NCBI GenBank assembly: GCA_965240325.2
Contig: OZ251222.1
Location: 3,348,001-3,412,000 of the forward strand
Direction: 5' to 3'
DNA: 64,000 nucleotides
Source: Rebecca billardiae RCC1528
Lineage: Eukaryota; Protista; Haptophyta
Numbering within the stretch: the stretch's first letter is position 1; each line of letters opens with the position of its first letter. The notes beneath the pieces were generated by a model. The model made no database searches. It was given only the letters and a program-made list of their open reading frames with translations, and was not told the origin of the DNA. Below, one piece after another: positions 46,092 through 56,890 of the stretch. The translations under genes were made by a program, and so were the position numbers.

Positions 46092-48344
46092 TTATGAATC
46101 GGATGATGGCTGACCCCTGTGCGATGGATCGGATGCTGTCCTCGCCGGCCACTGCTCCTGCTGGCCAATGCGGCTGCTGCTTCGGCTGCTGGCAGCCCGG
46201 TGCGGCGGTCGTGTCGCACCGAGGCCTCCGCTGGTACTCCCACCTGTGCTGGCATAGGCGTCCGGTGTCACCGGGCTCCCGCTGAGGCCAGCTGGCCCAG
46301 AAGTCGGGCGGGACATCCCCGGCCGCCGCCACCGGGGCGCGCGATTCAGCTCCCGGAGCAGGTGCTGCGGGAGGGAGATGTCGCCGCCGTGCTTCCCCGC
46401 CTTGAGCGCTTGCAAATATGCGTTTGCGAGCGCGAGCGCGTCCGGGTCGTCCATGCCCGTCGGCGAGCGCGCCACCACCTTCTCCCACAGGCGGAAGAGA
46501 CGGCCGATCTGGCGCGGCGCCTGCACGATGGCCGGGTTCGTCAGGTGCTCGTGCACTCGCCCAAGGTCGAGCCCCGACACGGCCGGCTCTGCCGGCGCTG
46601 CAGACGGCGTGCCCGCCGGCCGAGCCGGCGGCACCGGCTCCGCCGCAGCCAGCGCAGGGCGTGTGGTCAGCGCAGGCAGCACGAACTGCTCGTCCCAGCA
46701 GCAGAAGTACAGGTCGCCGTCGAGGTCGCCGCCGCCGCACACCTCAGGCAGCGGGCGCGCGCCTCGCACCGAGAAGATGAGGGTGCCGAATGGCAGCGCG
46801 CGCAGCCATGCCCACTGCTCCTCGGTAAGCGAAGGCGGCTTGGTCGTGACGAGGGGCAGCACGCGCCCATCCGCCGGGCGCACGCATGGGAAGCGCGTCA
46901 CAAACATGCGCTCGCCCGGCACGCCGGGCGCAAACACGCTGCCCGTCGGCAGCGACGCAAACGGGTCGGCAACGCCCGACAGGGACGCATGCGGCACCTG
47001 CGCGGGCGGAGTGCCCGGCGCGCAGCGCGCCTCGTACGCGGCCAGCGCCTGCGGCGACAGGCCGAGCGCGCGCCACAGGTGCCGGACCATCGGGCTCAGC
47101 GGCCGAGGACCCGGCACGGGAAAGATGCCAGCGCCCGCCCCCGCCGGCACAGCCCCGGGCTGCTGGGCGGCCGTCGCGCGCTCACCACCGCGGACGCCGT
47201 TCGGCAGGATCTGCGCGGGAGCAAAGCGCTCGCGGTTGGCACGAGACGGGTGGACGAGCTTGACCAGCACGAGCGCCTCTGCGGCGCCCAGGCCGGTGGG
47301 AAGCACGTCGGCGGGCACCGGCACACCGCGCGCCGGCGCGGGCAGCACCTTGCGCATCGACGGCCGCAGCTGCACCCTGTCGATGCCCGGCCTCCGCAGC
47401 AGCATGCCCTTGAACACGCCGTGTTGTGCGCTGAACACGCGCACCTGCAACGCGCTCACGCTGCGCACGTCCAGCACGCCCGCGCGCCGAGCAAAAGAGT
47501 CCACGAGCGAGTCGGGCGCGAAGCCACACCCGTCGGACATGGCAGCGCCACCAGCGGCGGGCGGGCTGTTGTCCGGCAGAAGCCGCAGCAAGTCGGACGG
47601 CACGCGCTGGGCGAGCGCGGCGGTGGGCGCGCGTGAGCACAGCAGCTCGAGCCTCGCGACCTGCTTGCTCATGGGCTGGACGGATGCAAAGTCGCCCACG
47701 CGCTGGAGCTCGGTGGGTAGATTGAGCGCGGGGAGAGCCGCGCCTCGTGTCGCGACGTAGTGCCAGGCGACCGGCTCGGTCGCGCGTGAGACGATCGCCG
47801 CCTGCTGCGTGCCTCGTGACGCCGTGCGCACCAGCGTATCGAGAGGCACCTTCTTCGGGCTCGTGCCCGCCTTGGAGCACACAAGCTCGTACTGCAGGCC
47901 GCCGATGGTAAACGAACGAGGTGGCACGGGCTCGTCACTGTCCGCATGCGCTGTCTCGAGGGTGAGCACGCGATGCGAGCCAAAGTGTGCCGTGAGGAAC
48001 GTGCATCCACGCGCCGGGCGCGGGAGGTCAAGCACGATGGCGCCAGTGGCATCGAGCGAGGCTCGAACGTCGATGCTCCCACCTGCTCGAAGAAGCTTCT
48101 CTAGCCTTTCTACGTAGTACATCTGCGGCCTGCTGTCACACGCGTTGAGGAGCGCGGCTAGCACGCACAGCGCACGCTCGGGACTGTTGGCCACTGGCCT
48201 GGGCTCGCGCGCGCCACCGGTGCTGAAGGAGGCGGCATAGAGCGGTGCGCGAGGAGTCCTCGCGAGCCTGGCCGCTGAGTACCATGACGGGCTGGACAGC
48301 CGCATCGATGTCACGTGTGCGAGCACGATGACCGAAGACAGCAT
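46092..48344 (-). CDS. Cellular (RNAi-type, two-barrel) RNA-dependent RNA polymerase, compact
   Basis: Motifs SDGCG, QVR...GVFKGML, LRPSMRK, GVADP, VTRFPC, IFS..GARP, GGDLDGDLYFCCWD and ALKAGKHG. Confidence 0.92.
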   Translation of the reverse strand: MLSSVIVLAHVTSMRLSSPSWYSAARLARTPRAPLYAASFSTGGAREPRPVANSPERALCVLAALLNACDSRPQMYYVERLEKLLRAGGSIDVRASLDATGAIVLDLPRPARGCTFLTAHFGSHRVLTLETAHADSDEPVPPRSFTIGGLQYELVCSKAGTSPKKVPLDTLVRTASRGTQQAAIVSRATEPVAWHYVATRGAALPALNLPTELQRVGDFASVQPMSKQVARLELLCSRAPTAALAQRVPSDLLRLLPDNSPPAAGGAAMSDGCGFAPDSLVDSFARRAGVLDVRSVSALQVRVFSAQHGVFKGMLLRRPGIDRVQLRPSMRKVLPAPARGVPVPADVLPTGLGAAEALVLVKLVHPSRANRERFAPAQILPNGVRGGERATAAQQPGAVPAGAGAGIFPVPGPRPLSPMVRHLWRALGLSPQALAAYEARCAPGTPPAQVPHASLSGVADPFASLPTGSVFAPGVPGERMFVTRFPCVRPADGRVLPLVTTKPPSLTEEQWAWLRALPFGTLIFSVRGARPLPEVCGGGDLDGDLYFCCWDEQFVLPALTTRPALAAAEPVPPARPAGTPSAAPAEPAVSGLDLGRVHEHLTNPAIVQAPRQIGRLFRLWEKVVARSPTGMDDPDALALANAYLQALKAGKHGGDISLPQHLLRELNRAPRWRRPGMSRPTSGPAGLSGSPVTPDAYASTGGSTSGGLGATRPPHRAASSRSSSRIGQQEQWPARTASDPSHRGQPSSDS

Positions 48345-48841
48345 CGGCGCCGGCCTGGACCGTCGCGGGCCTCGCGCCCTGCTGGCTCGCGCCGCTGACG
48401 AACTCCGAGCCGCCCGGATCGAGCTGGCCAGGTCGCCAGGAGCGGAGCAGGGAACAATGACAGACTACGATAAAGGGCGGGGTCTACGATCTGATGCACG
48501 GTGGGTCGTCGTCGCGTACTGTACACTTATCATTGTCATTTGATTCTCTCTTCGGATCAAGACGCCTCGAATCAGTCTGCTGTTGTCACCGCAGGGAGAG
48601 GCCACTCGAGCGACTCCGTGTCAGGCGAGGCAGATCGCGCCAGTGCGAGGCGAGGCAGACGCTCGCCTGCCTCGCCTCGTGGCCTCAGGGAGTGACGACG
48701 GGCTGCTTCTGTCTCGTCTTGATGCAGCCGCATCGGCCCGGCCCCGGTCCCCGATGATCATGATCGCACTGAGCCGATAGGGCTCGTGGACTAAGCGCGC
48801 ACGGTCGAGGGCCGCGCACCGCTGCGCTTGCGAGCTCGGGC

Positions 48842-50733
48842 TCATCCGACACGGACGGCCGGCACGGGCGGCGGCCCCGCCGAGTAGTTGACCGCGCGCA
48901 GCCACCAGTCCGGGTACGGGTCTGTCTTGGCCGTGTACGTGCCGTCTGCCGAGAGCTCGGCGAGGAAGCCATCGCCGAACTTGAAGATGAGCAGGTCCAC
49001 GAGCTTCCAGAGCGAGTCCAGGACGGCGGCGGCGTGCGTGGCGAACGCCGACTCGAGGTCGTCGGGCGCGCCGCCCGGCTCGCTCCCAACCTTGTCGAGC
49101 AGCTCCACCGCGCGCGCGTGCATGTGCTCCTGCAGCCTGCGCACCTCGGGCGCCATGCGCGAGTACTTGAGCTGCACCACGTTGAAGACGTAACGGCACG
49201 CCCAGAAGAGCGTGCGCTTGTCGAGCTGCTCGTAGTGGCCGAGGGTCAGGTGCGGGAGCCAGCGCATGCCCGACGGGAACGGCACGTACACCGTCGTCGG
49301 CGCCGCGTGCGCGCCCCACCACAGGATCCCGCGCAGCGCGTCGGGCCCGTGCGCGCGAGCCTGCACGACGTGCGAGTCCGACGTGCGGAACAGCCCGATG
49401 GTGCGCTCCCAGTTGCCGCGGACCGCGGCCGAGCCGCCGGCCATGGCGTGGTCGGGCGTGCCCCACGGACCGGCGGCGAGCCCCATGGTCTGGTCGTACG
49501 GCGTGCCTTCGTAGTAGCTGCGCATCACGGCGGCCATCTCCGGGATGCCCACCTTGGCGTCCGGGCGGAGGGTGGGCGGGTACGGCCGCGAGCTGCGCCA
49601 CTCCGAGTACTCGGCGGGCAGCTCGCGCGAGGGCGCGAGCATGCGGTACGCGCCCCAGACGCGGCGCCCGCTGTAGTACTTGTGCAGGTACTCCCCGTCC
49701 GAGAACGCGGCCGTAAAGTCCAGCGCGCCACGCCCGTCCCACAGCCCGTGCGCGCGCGCGATCGCGTGCATGTTAGCGCTGCCGAGGAAGTTGCGCGGGT
49801 CCGTCAGGTTCACCTCACGCACCATGAACGCGTTCGCCACCACGCCCACTGCGGCGCAGGCGCGCGCGCGCGCGCGCGCGGCGTCAGGGTGGGGCAAGAT
49901 ACGGCGTGGAGCGCGAGACGCGCGCGCCGCGGCGGAAGCGCGCGCGCGGCGTGCTGTGATGTGCGCGGCCGCGCGCACCGTGGTCATCCGGCACGCGCTG
50001 GGCGACCCAGATGGCCGATCGGCCGGTGTCGTCGGGCAAGACGTGGAAGATGAAGGCCTCGCGCGGGTCGATCAACATCAGCGACTCAGCCGAGCCTTCC
50101 GTAGCGTTCGCTGCGCCGTAGAAGCCGTGCTTCACCGCAAGGCCGCCCATCAGCTGCACCGCCTCGCGCGCTGTGCGCGCGCGCTCCATCGCCAGCTGCG
50201 AGAGCTGGTCGACCGAGAAGAGCGCATGGCCGCCCATGCCGATGGGCTGCGCGCCGAAGCGCCCCGAGCACGTCGATTCGCCGATGCCGACGCCGTGCTC
50301 GTTCAGCGCCCCGTACGTCTGCGGGCGCGGCAGCGGGCGCGGGGAGGGCCGTGATTGGAGGGCGAACGCAGCGCGAGGCCGCGTGCAACGCAACGGCGAC
50401 GCGCACCTGCTCATGGTAAGAGTACGTGTGCGCGACCTCCTCGATAAAGCCGAGGGGTACCGATGGCTTCTGCGTGTGGGCCGGCCGATACGCTGGGACA
50501 CCGCGCTCGCCGACATAGCGCGGGTACGACTCCGGCGAGAAGTACACCGGCCGGCGTGAGCCCGGCGCGTGGTCCTTGGCCGGCACGTGCACGAGACGAG
50601 GATCCACGTTGGCCTCGCCGTCGTTCGAGTGAGTAGCAAGCACGCTGCCATCTACGGTCGCAAGCCGTCCAGCGATGAGAGTCGTGCAGCCAGGCGCAAA
50701 CAGCGGGGCTACCGCAAGCACGCCGGCCAGCAT
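48842..50733 (-). CDS. Peptidase C69 family dipeptidase (Ntn hydrolase) with signal peptide; exons 50733-50407, 50318-49979, 49848-48842
   Basis: N-terminal nucleophile motif CTTLIAGRLATVDGSVLATHSND, plus YGALNEHGVGIGESTC, WVAQRVPDDH and ERTIGLFRT. Introns of 88 and 130 bp restore the frame. Confidence 0.92.
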
Positions 50734-50814
50734 GGATGGTGACGATGACGGCCGCCCGCTCGGTGCTCGCGCCACTGTGCCGTCTCGGACTCCGGTTGCC
50801 CAATCTTCACGCCC
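50734..50814. promoter_or_regulatory. Very short divergent intergenic region (putative bidirectional promoter)
   Basis: 81 bp separate the ATGs of the C69 peptidase (-) and the zinc-finger gene (+). Confidence 0.45.
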
Positions 50815-53800
50815 ATGGCGCGACGGATGCGCCCCGGGGCGTCAGGTGCAACCACCACGGTGCATAAGATTGCGCAGCCCCGCGCGCTTATCTGCCACCT
50901 GTGCGGGCGGCAGTACGGCTCGGCATCGCTGTCGATCCACCTGAAGACGTGCGAGCAGCGGTACGAGCAGGAGCATGGCAAGCGTGCACCGCGACCGCCG
51001 GACGTGCCGCTGTCCGCAGGCGCGGACGCGCAGAACGAGGCGGCGTTTGCGACGTTTCAGAACGAGGCGTTGGTGCCGTGCGAGCACTGCGGGCGCACGT
51101 TCCTGCCGGACCGCCTGCAGGTGCACCTGCGCAGCTGTCGGCCGAAGGGCTCGCCGTATGGCCCGCCGCCTCGGCAGCCGTCCAGCCAGCTGCGCTCGAC
51201 CATGCCCGCCTCGGCGACTCCCTCGCCCAGCGGGCGCGCGTCGTCGCCGGGCCCGGGCAGCCGCGCTCCGCGGATGCTGATCTGCCACCTGTGCGGGCGG
51301 CAGTACGGCTCGAGCTCGCTGTCCATCCACCTGAAGACGTGCGAGCAGCGGTACGAGCAGGAGCACGGCAAGCGCGCACCGCCACCGCCGGACGTGCCGC
51401 TGTCCGCAGGCGCGGACGCGCAGAACGAGGCGGCGTTTGCGACGTTTCAGAACGAGGCGTTGGTGCCGTGCGAGCACTGCGGGCGCACGTTCCTGCCGGA
51501 CCGCCTGCGGGTGCACCTGCGCAGCTGCAGAGGCGACAGCTCGAGCCGCCGCCCATCGACCGCGCGCAGCCGGCTGCCGTCGATGGACGATGGTGGCGGC
51601 GCGGAGGGCCGGCGATCGGCGCCGCCTGCGTCGAGACGCATGTCTTCTCCAGGCCCTGGCAGCCGTGCTCCGCGGATGCTGATCTGCCACCTGTGCGGGC
51701 GGCAGTACGGCTCGAGCTCGCTGTCCATCCACCTGAAGACGTGCGAGCAGCGGTACGAGCAGGAGCACGGCAAGCGTGCACCGCCACCGCCGGACGTGCC
51801 GCTGTCCGCAGGCGCGGACGCGCAGAACGAGGCGGCGTTTGCGACGTTTCAGAACGAGGCGTTGGTGCCGTGCGAGCACTGCGGGCGCACGTTCCTGCCG
51901 GACCGCCTGCGGGTGCACCTGCGCAGCTGCAGAGGCGACAGCTCGAGCCGCCGCCCATCGACCGCGCGCAGCCGGCTGCCGTCGATGGACGATGGTGGCG
52001 GCGCGGAGGGCCGGCGATCGGCGCCGCCTGCGTCGCGGCGCATGTCTTCTCCAGGCCCTGGCAGCCGCGCTCCGCGGATGCTGATCTGCCACCTATGCGG
52101 GCGGCAGTACGGCTCGAGCTCGCTGTCCATCCACCTGAAGACGTGCGAGCAGCGGTACGAGCAGGAGCACGGCAAGCGCGCACCGCCACCGCCGGACGTG
52201 CCGCTGTCCGCAGGCGCGGACGCGCAGAACGAGGCGGCGTTTGCGACGTTTCAGAACGAGGCGTTGGTGCCGTGCGAGCACTGCGGGCGCACGTTCCTGC
52301 CGGACCGCCTGCAGGTGCACCTGCGCAGCTGTCGGCCGAAGGGCTCGCCGTATGGCCCGCCGCCTCGGCAGCCGTCCAGCCAGCTGCGCTCGACCATGCC
52401 CGCCTCGGCGACTCCCTCGCCCAGCAGCAGGCGCATGTCTTCTCCAGGCCCGGGCAGCCGCGCTCCGCGGATGCTGATCTGCCACCTGTGCGGACGGCAG
52501 TACGGCTCGAGCTCGCTGTCCATCCACCTGAAGACGTGCGAGCAGCGGTACGAGCAGGAGCATGGCAAGCGTGCACCGCGACCGCCGGACGTGCCGCTGT
52601 CCGCAGGCGCGGACGCGCAGAACGAGGCGGCGTTTGCGACGTTTCAGAACGAGGCGTTGGTGCCGTGCGAGCACTGCGGGCGCACGTTCCTGCCGGACCG
52701 CCTGCAGGTGCACCTGCGCAGCTGCAGAGGCGACAGCTCGAGCCGCCGCCCATCGACCGCGCGCAGCCGGCTGCCGTCGATGGACGATGGTGGCGGCGCG
52801 GAGGGCCGGCGATCGGCGCCGCCTGCGTCGCGGCGCATGTCTTCTCCAGGCCCTGGCAGCCGCGCTCCGCGGATGCTGATCTGCCACCTATGCGGACGGC
52901 AGTACGGCTCGAGCTCGCTGTCCATCCACCTGAAGACGTGCGAGCAGCGGTACGAGCAGGAGCACGGCAAGCGCGCACCGCCACCGCCGGACGTGCCGCT
53001 GTCCGCAGGCGCGGACGCGCAGAACGAGGCGGCGTTTGCGACGTTTCAGAACGAGGCGTTGGTGCCGTGCGAGCACTGCGGGCGCACGTTCCTGCCGGAC
53101 CGCCTGCAGGTGCACCTGCGCAGCTGTCGGCCGAAGGGCTCGCCGTATGGCCCGCCGCCTCGGCAGCCGTCCAGCCAGCTGCGCTCGACCATGCCCGCCT
53201 CGGCGACTCCCTCGCCCAGCGGGCGCGCGTCGTCGCCGGGCCCGGGCAGCCGCGCTCCGCGGATGCTGATCTGCCACCTGTGCGGGCGGCAGTACGGCTC
53301 GAGCTCGCTGTCCATCCACCTGAAGACGTGCGAGCAGCGGTACGAGCAGGAGCACGGCAAGCGCGCACCGCCACCGCCGGACGTGCCGCTGTCCGCAGGC
53401 GCGGACGCGCAGAACGAGGCGGCGTTTGCGACGTTTCAGAACGAGGCGTTGGTGCCGTGCGAGCACTGCGGGCGCACGTTCCTGCCGGACCGCCTGCAGG
53501 TGCACCTGCGCAGCTGTCGGCCGAAGGGCTCGCCGTATGGCCCGCCGCCTCGGCAGCCGTCCAGCCAGCTGCGCTCGACCATGCCCGCCTCGGCGACTCC
53601 CTCGCCCAGCGGGCGCGCGTCGTCGCCGGGCCCGGGCAGCCGCGCTCCGCGGATGCTGATCTGCCACCTGTGCGGGCGGCAGTACGGCTCGAGCTCGCTG
53701 TCCATCCACCTGAAGACGTGCGAGCAGCGGTACGAGCAGGAGCACGGCAAGCGCGCACCGCCACCGCCGGACGTGCCGCTGTCCGCAGGCGCGGACGCGC

Positions 53801-53919
53801 AGAACGAGGCGGCGTTTGCGACGTTTCAGAACGAGGCGTTGGTGCCGTGCGAGCACTGCGGGCGCACGTTCCTGCCGGACCGCCTGCAGGTGCACCTGCG
53901 CAGCTGTCGGCCTCGCTGA
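50815..53919 (+). CDS. Tandem C2HC zinc-finger protein (zf-C2HC_2, ZNF474/ZC2HC1-like): 8 units with 2 fingers each
   Basis: CHLCGRQYG...SLSIHLKTC and CEHCGRTF.PDRL.VH.RSC repeat eight times. Unit spacings 390, 402, 402, 393, 402, 390 and 390 bp are all multiples of 3. Confidence 0.92.
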   Translation: MARRMRPGASGATTTVHKIAQPRALICHLCGRQYGSASLSIHLKTCEQRYEQEHGKRAPRPPDVPLSAGADAQNEAAFATFQNEALVPCEHCGRTFLPDRLQVHLRSCRPKGSPYGPPPRQPSSQLRSTMPASATPSPSGRASSPGPGSRAPRMLICHLCGRQYGSSSLSIHLKTCEQRYEQEHGKRAPPPPDVPLSAGADAQNEAAFATFQNEALVPCEHCGRTFLPDRLRVHLRSCRGDSSSRRPSTARSRLPSMDDGGGAEGRRSAPPASRRMSSPGPGSRAPRMLICHLCGRQYGSSSLSIHLKTCEQRYEQEHGKRAPPPPDVPLSAGADAQNEAAFATFQNEALVPCEHCGRTFLPDRLRVHLRSCRGDSSSRRPSTARSRLPSMDDGGGAEGRRSAPPASRRMSSPGPGSRAPRMLICHLCGRQYGSSSLSIHLKTCEQRYEQEHGKRAPPPPDVPLSAGADAQNEAAFATFQNEALVPCEHCGRTFLPDRLQVHLRSCRPKGSPYGPPPRQPSSQLRSTMPASATPSPSSRRMSSPGPGSRAPRMLICHLCGRQYGSSSLSIHLKTCEQRYEQEHGKRAPRPPDVPLSAGADAQNEAAFATFQNEALVPCEHCGRTFLPDRLQVHLRSCRGDSSSRRPSTARSRLPSMDDGGGAEGRRSAPPASRRMSSPGPGSRAPRMLICHLCGRQYGSSSLSIHLKTCEQRYEQEHGKRAPPPPDVPLSAGADAQNEAAFATFQNEALVPCEHCGRTFLPDRLQVHLRSCRPKGSPYGPPPRQPSSQLRSTMPASATPSPSGRASSPGPGSRAPRMLICHLCGRQYGSSSLSIHLKTCEQRYEQEHGKRAPPPPDVPLSAGADAQNEAAFATFQNEALVPCEHCGRTFLPDRLQVHLRSCRPKGSPYGPPPRQPSSQLRSTMPASATPSPSGRASSPGPGSRAPRMLICHLCGRQYGSSSLSIHLKTCEQRYEQEHGKRAPPPPDVPLSAGADAQNEAAFATFQNEALVPCEHCGRTFLPDRLQVHLRSCRPR

Positions 53920-54427
53920 CAACGAGGCCGGGCAAGTCTGATGATTAATAATCGCGGACACGACCCGGGCCCAGCGCATCACTACCGTGCTACTCTTATT
54001 TGCAGCAGTGCGCGTCCGGTTATACTCGTTTAATTAGCTGCTGCTTATTCATCACGACTCTCTGACGGAGCAGTACTACTACAGTACAGTCACAATATAT
54101 ATATAGCTACTAATAGCAGTAATAAGCGTCGTCAGTAGTCAATATGATCGACGACGGTCTAAGCCGAGTCGTCAGCAGAGTGAGAGGCAGAGAGTTACTC
54201 ACTACCGAGACCGACTGCTACGAATACAATAAATTATGACACGCACTCACGCAGTCAGTCACTTTCACAATTGATCTGAGTCTCAATGATGGTCGTCAGA
54301 CACCGTACTATCGCGGGACCTGCGGACGACTGGCATCCCCGGGGGGGACCCGGATGAGCTCGACTGTGTTGGGCAAAGCATTCCGGTGCGACCCAGACCG
54401 CGGCGGTGTGTCATCGTGCGCACGTCC

Positions 54428-55489
54428 TCAAACTTCGATGTTTGTGATCTCGACGGTCTTGTCGATGCGCTTGAGGATGCCAGCGAGCACCTTGCCCGGG
54501 CCGAGCTCGTAGCCGCTCTTCATGCCGCGCTCGAGCAGCATTGCGACGGTGGTCTCCCACTGCACGGGCGACGTGACCTGCTTCGCAAGCAGCTGCTTGA
54601 TAACGGCAGGATCCGAGTGCGGCGCCGCATCGACGTTCGAGATCACCGGGATGCGCGGCTTGCTGATTGTCACGCCCTCGAGCACCTCCACGAGCGTCGG
54701 CACAGCTGGCGCCATGAAGTCGGTGTGGAACGCGCCCGCGACGGCGAGCGGCACAGTCATGCGTGCCTTGAACTCTGGCTTGGCGAGCTCGGCCACCTTC
54801 TCGCACGCCGCGAGTGCGCCCGAGACGGCATAGTTGCCGTTGCAGAGCAGGTTTGCCAGCTGGATCTTCTCGCCCGACTGCTCCGCCGCCATCGCGCACA
54901 GCGCCGCCACCTTCTCCTTGTCGAGGCCGATCACAGACACCATGCCAGACTTGGTCGCATCCGCGGCCGCCTGCATGGCCTCGCCGCGAGCCTTCACAAT
55001 CTTGACCCCGTCCTCGAAGGAGAAGGCGCCGGCGAAGGCGAGCGCGGTGTACTCGCCAAGCGAGAGTCCAGCGGCGACGTCGGCCTTCATGACCGCCTCG
55101 TCGCCTCCCTCCGCGCGCAACTTCTCGACGGCCGCCAGGCTCGCGACAAAGATGGCCGGCTGACTCACGACTGTCGAGTCGAGCGACTCCTTGGGCCCGT
55201 TCGCGCACTTGTCAAGTAGGTCGTAGCCGAGCACCTCGGACGCCTGCTCAAACAGCGCCTTCGCCGCTGGCACGCTCGCGCATGTCTCCACCGCCATACC
55301 CACCGCCTGCGCACCCTGCCCCGGGAAGAGGAACGGGCAGGCCGCCGTGTACGAGTCGAAGTCGGAGTCCGACGCGCGCACGGTGGACACGCGGCGGGCG
55401 ACACGCCGCACGGTCAACGGCCCGAGCGACGACGCCATCCTGGTGCTGGTGGCGCCAAGGATCATCGCAGCCACGCAGCTGGTGAGCAT
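54428..55489 (-). CDS. fabD: Malonyl-CoA:ACP transacylase with probable plastid-targeting presequence
   Basis: Motifs FLFPGQGAQ, GLSLGEY, VAGAFHT and ELGPGKVL. The longer ORF-track call runs into transposon B1; the real start is probably the ATG at 55489. Confidence 0.95.
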   Translation of the reverse strand: MLTSCVAAMILGATSTRMASSLGPLTVRRVARRVSTVRASDSDFDSYTAACPFLFPGQGAQAVGMAVETCASVPAAKALFEQASEVLGYDLLDKCANGPKESLDSTVVSQPAIFVASLAAVEKLRAEGGDEAVMKADVAAGLSLGEYTALAFAGAFSFEDGVKIVKARGEAMQAAADATKSGMVSVIGLDKEKVAALCAMAAEQSGEKIQLANLLCNGNYAVSGALAACEKVAELAKPEFKARMTVPLAVAGAFHTDFMAPAVPTLVEVLEGVTISKPRIPVISNVDAAPHSDPAVIKQLLAKQVTSPVQWETTVAMLLERGMKSGYELGPGKVLAGILKRIDKTVEITNIEV

Positions 55490-55711
55490 GGCGATGGACG
55501 ACACGCGGCTGATTGCGCCGTCAGATCCCCGCGCCGCTGCCGACCAGGCGGCCCGCGCGCCCGGACTCATGAACACCTGCACTCTCTCGATCGGCTGCGG
55601 TTCCCGTCGGAAGTTCCTCTTCCTTCCAACCGACGACAGGGGTAGCGTTCCACGGTTGGCCCTCCCCGGCTCCCCCCCCCGCCCGGCCCGGTTGTTCAGC
55701 GGGCGCGCGGG

Positions 55712-56818
55712 CAAGGGAGGTCCGGGCCGGGAGCTCCCAGCGAGCGGCCAGCGCGACATCACCTCAAGGTTTTTTCCTGAGCGCCGGGCGGCAGCGGCGG
55801 CGAGGGCGGTGCTCCGCTGGCGGGGCGCGCACGGGGCACGGCGCTGCGGGCGCGGATGTGCCCGCAGAGCCGGCGCGTGCGGACGGGCTGTTGCGGGAGA
55901 GCATCTGGCGCCCTCCTGCGCCGCGCGCATTGCGCCACGCCTCTTTCGCCTTGACTCAGGGCAGCGCGCACATGCGCGCCGCGTCAAGGCCAGCCTTGCC
56001 GCGCCGCAGCCGACCGCGCGCGCGCCGTGCGCGGCGTGGTCGGGAAGGAACGGGCGCGGCTGCCGGGCGAGATGGCGACATCACGTGCGCACGCCATGCC
56101 GCCCCGCCACGCCTTGACGAGCGTGTCGCCGGTCCGTTTGCACGCCTCTTCGAGTTGTCTCAAATGGTCTGCACGGCCTCGCGGTCGCGACCCTTGTCGG
56201 GACGATCATTGAGACACAGAACAGTGCCAGACGGGCACGCGGACTACTCTTACATGAATGTCCATCACCACGTGGCCATGTAGAAGTGCTGGGTGCGACG
56301 CTTTCCTCGCGCTGATGCACTTTCATCATCTTTTTCGAGCTCAGGTCTGGCTTCAGGCACGGCAAGAAATCAGCACTCGTCAACAGCTGTGCGGATCCGT
56401 TATCGCGCCCTTTCGCGGCGCCGCGGGACGACATGGCGTGCGCACGTGATGTCGCCATCTCGCCCGGCAGCCGCGCCCGTTCCTTCCCGACCACGCCGCG
56501 CACGGCGCGCGTGCGGTCGGCTGCGGCGCGGCAAGGCTGGCCTTGACGCAGCGCGCATGTGCGCGCTGCCCTGAGTCAAGGCGAAAGAGGCGTGGCGCAA
56601 TGCGCGCGGCGCAGGAGGGCGCCAGATGCTCTCCCGCAACAGCCCGTCCGCACGCGCCGGCTCTGCGGACACATCCGCGCCCGCAGCGCCGTGCCCCGTG
56701 CGCGCCCCGCCAGCGGAGCACCGCCCTCGCCGCCGCTGCCGCCCGGCGCTCAGGAAAAAACCTTGAGGTGATGTCGCGCTGGCCGCTCGCTGGGAGCTCC
56801 CGGCCCGGACCTCCCTTG
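55712..56818. mobile_element. Small foldback DNA transposon, family B copy 1 (1107 bp)
   Basis: 387-bp TIRs beginning CAAGGGAGGTCCGGGCCGGG (55712-56098 / 56432-56818) around a 333-bp core. 7-bp TSD GCGCGGG (55705-55711 / 56819-56825). Confidence 0.93.
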
Positions 56819-56890
56819 GCGCGGGCGCTCTGAGAGCGGGACCCGTCCACTTGCTGCCGACCAGCCCTCCCCCCGCGGTGAGGACCACGC

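Noticed and set aside
46092-48344. RdRP as an endogenous RNA-virus gene
   Set aside because: The DLDGD two-barrel motifs belong to the cellular RDR family, not a viral GDD palm polymerase.
4556-53919. Tandem arrays considered as CRISPR arrays
   Set aside because: Units are 214-402 bp with no unique spacers and no cas genes, in a eukaryotic context.
50842-53982. 1015-aa ORFs in other frames of the zinc-finger gene
   Set aside because: A stop-free 3n repeat unit propagates open frames; the products are low complexity.
55490-55987. N-terminal extension of the fabD ORF
   Set aside because: It reads through the upstream region into the TIR of transposon B1; the same peptide appears at other B arms.
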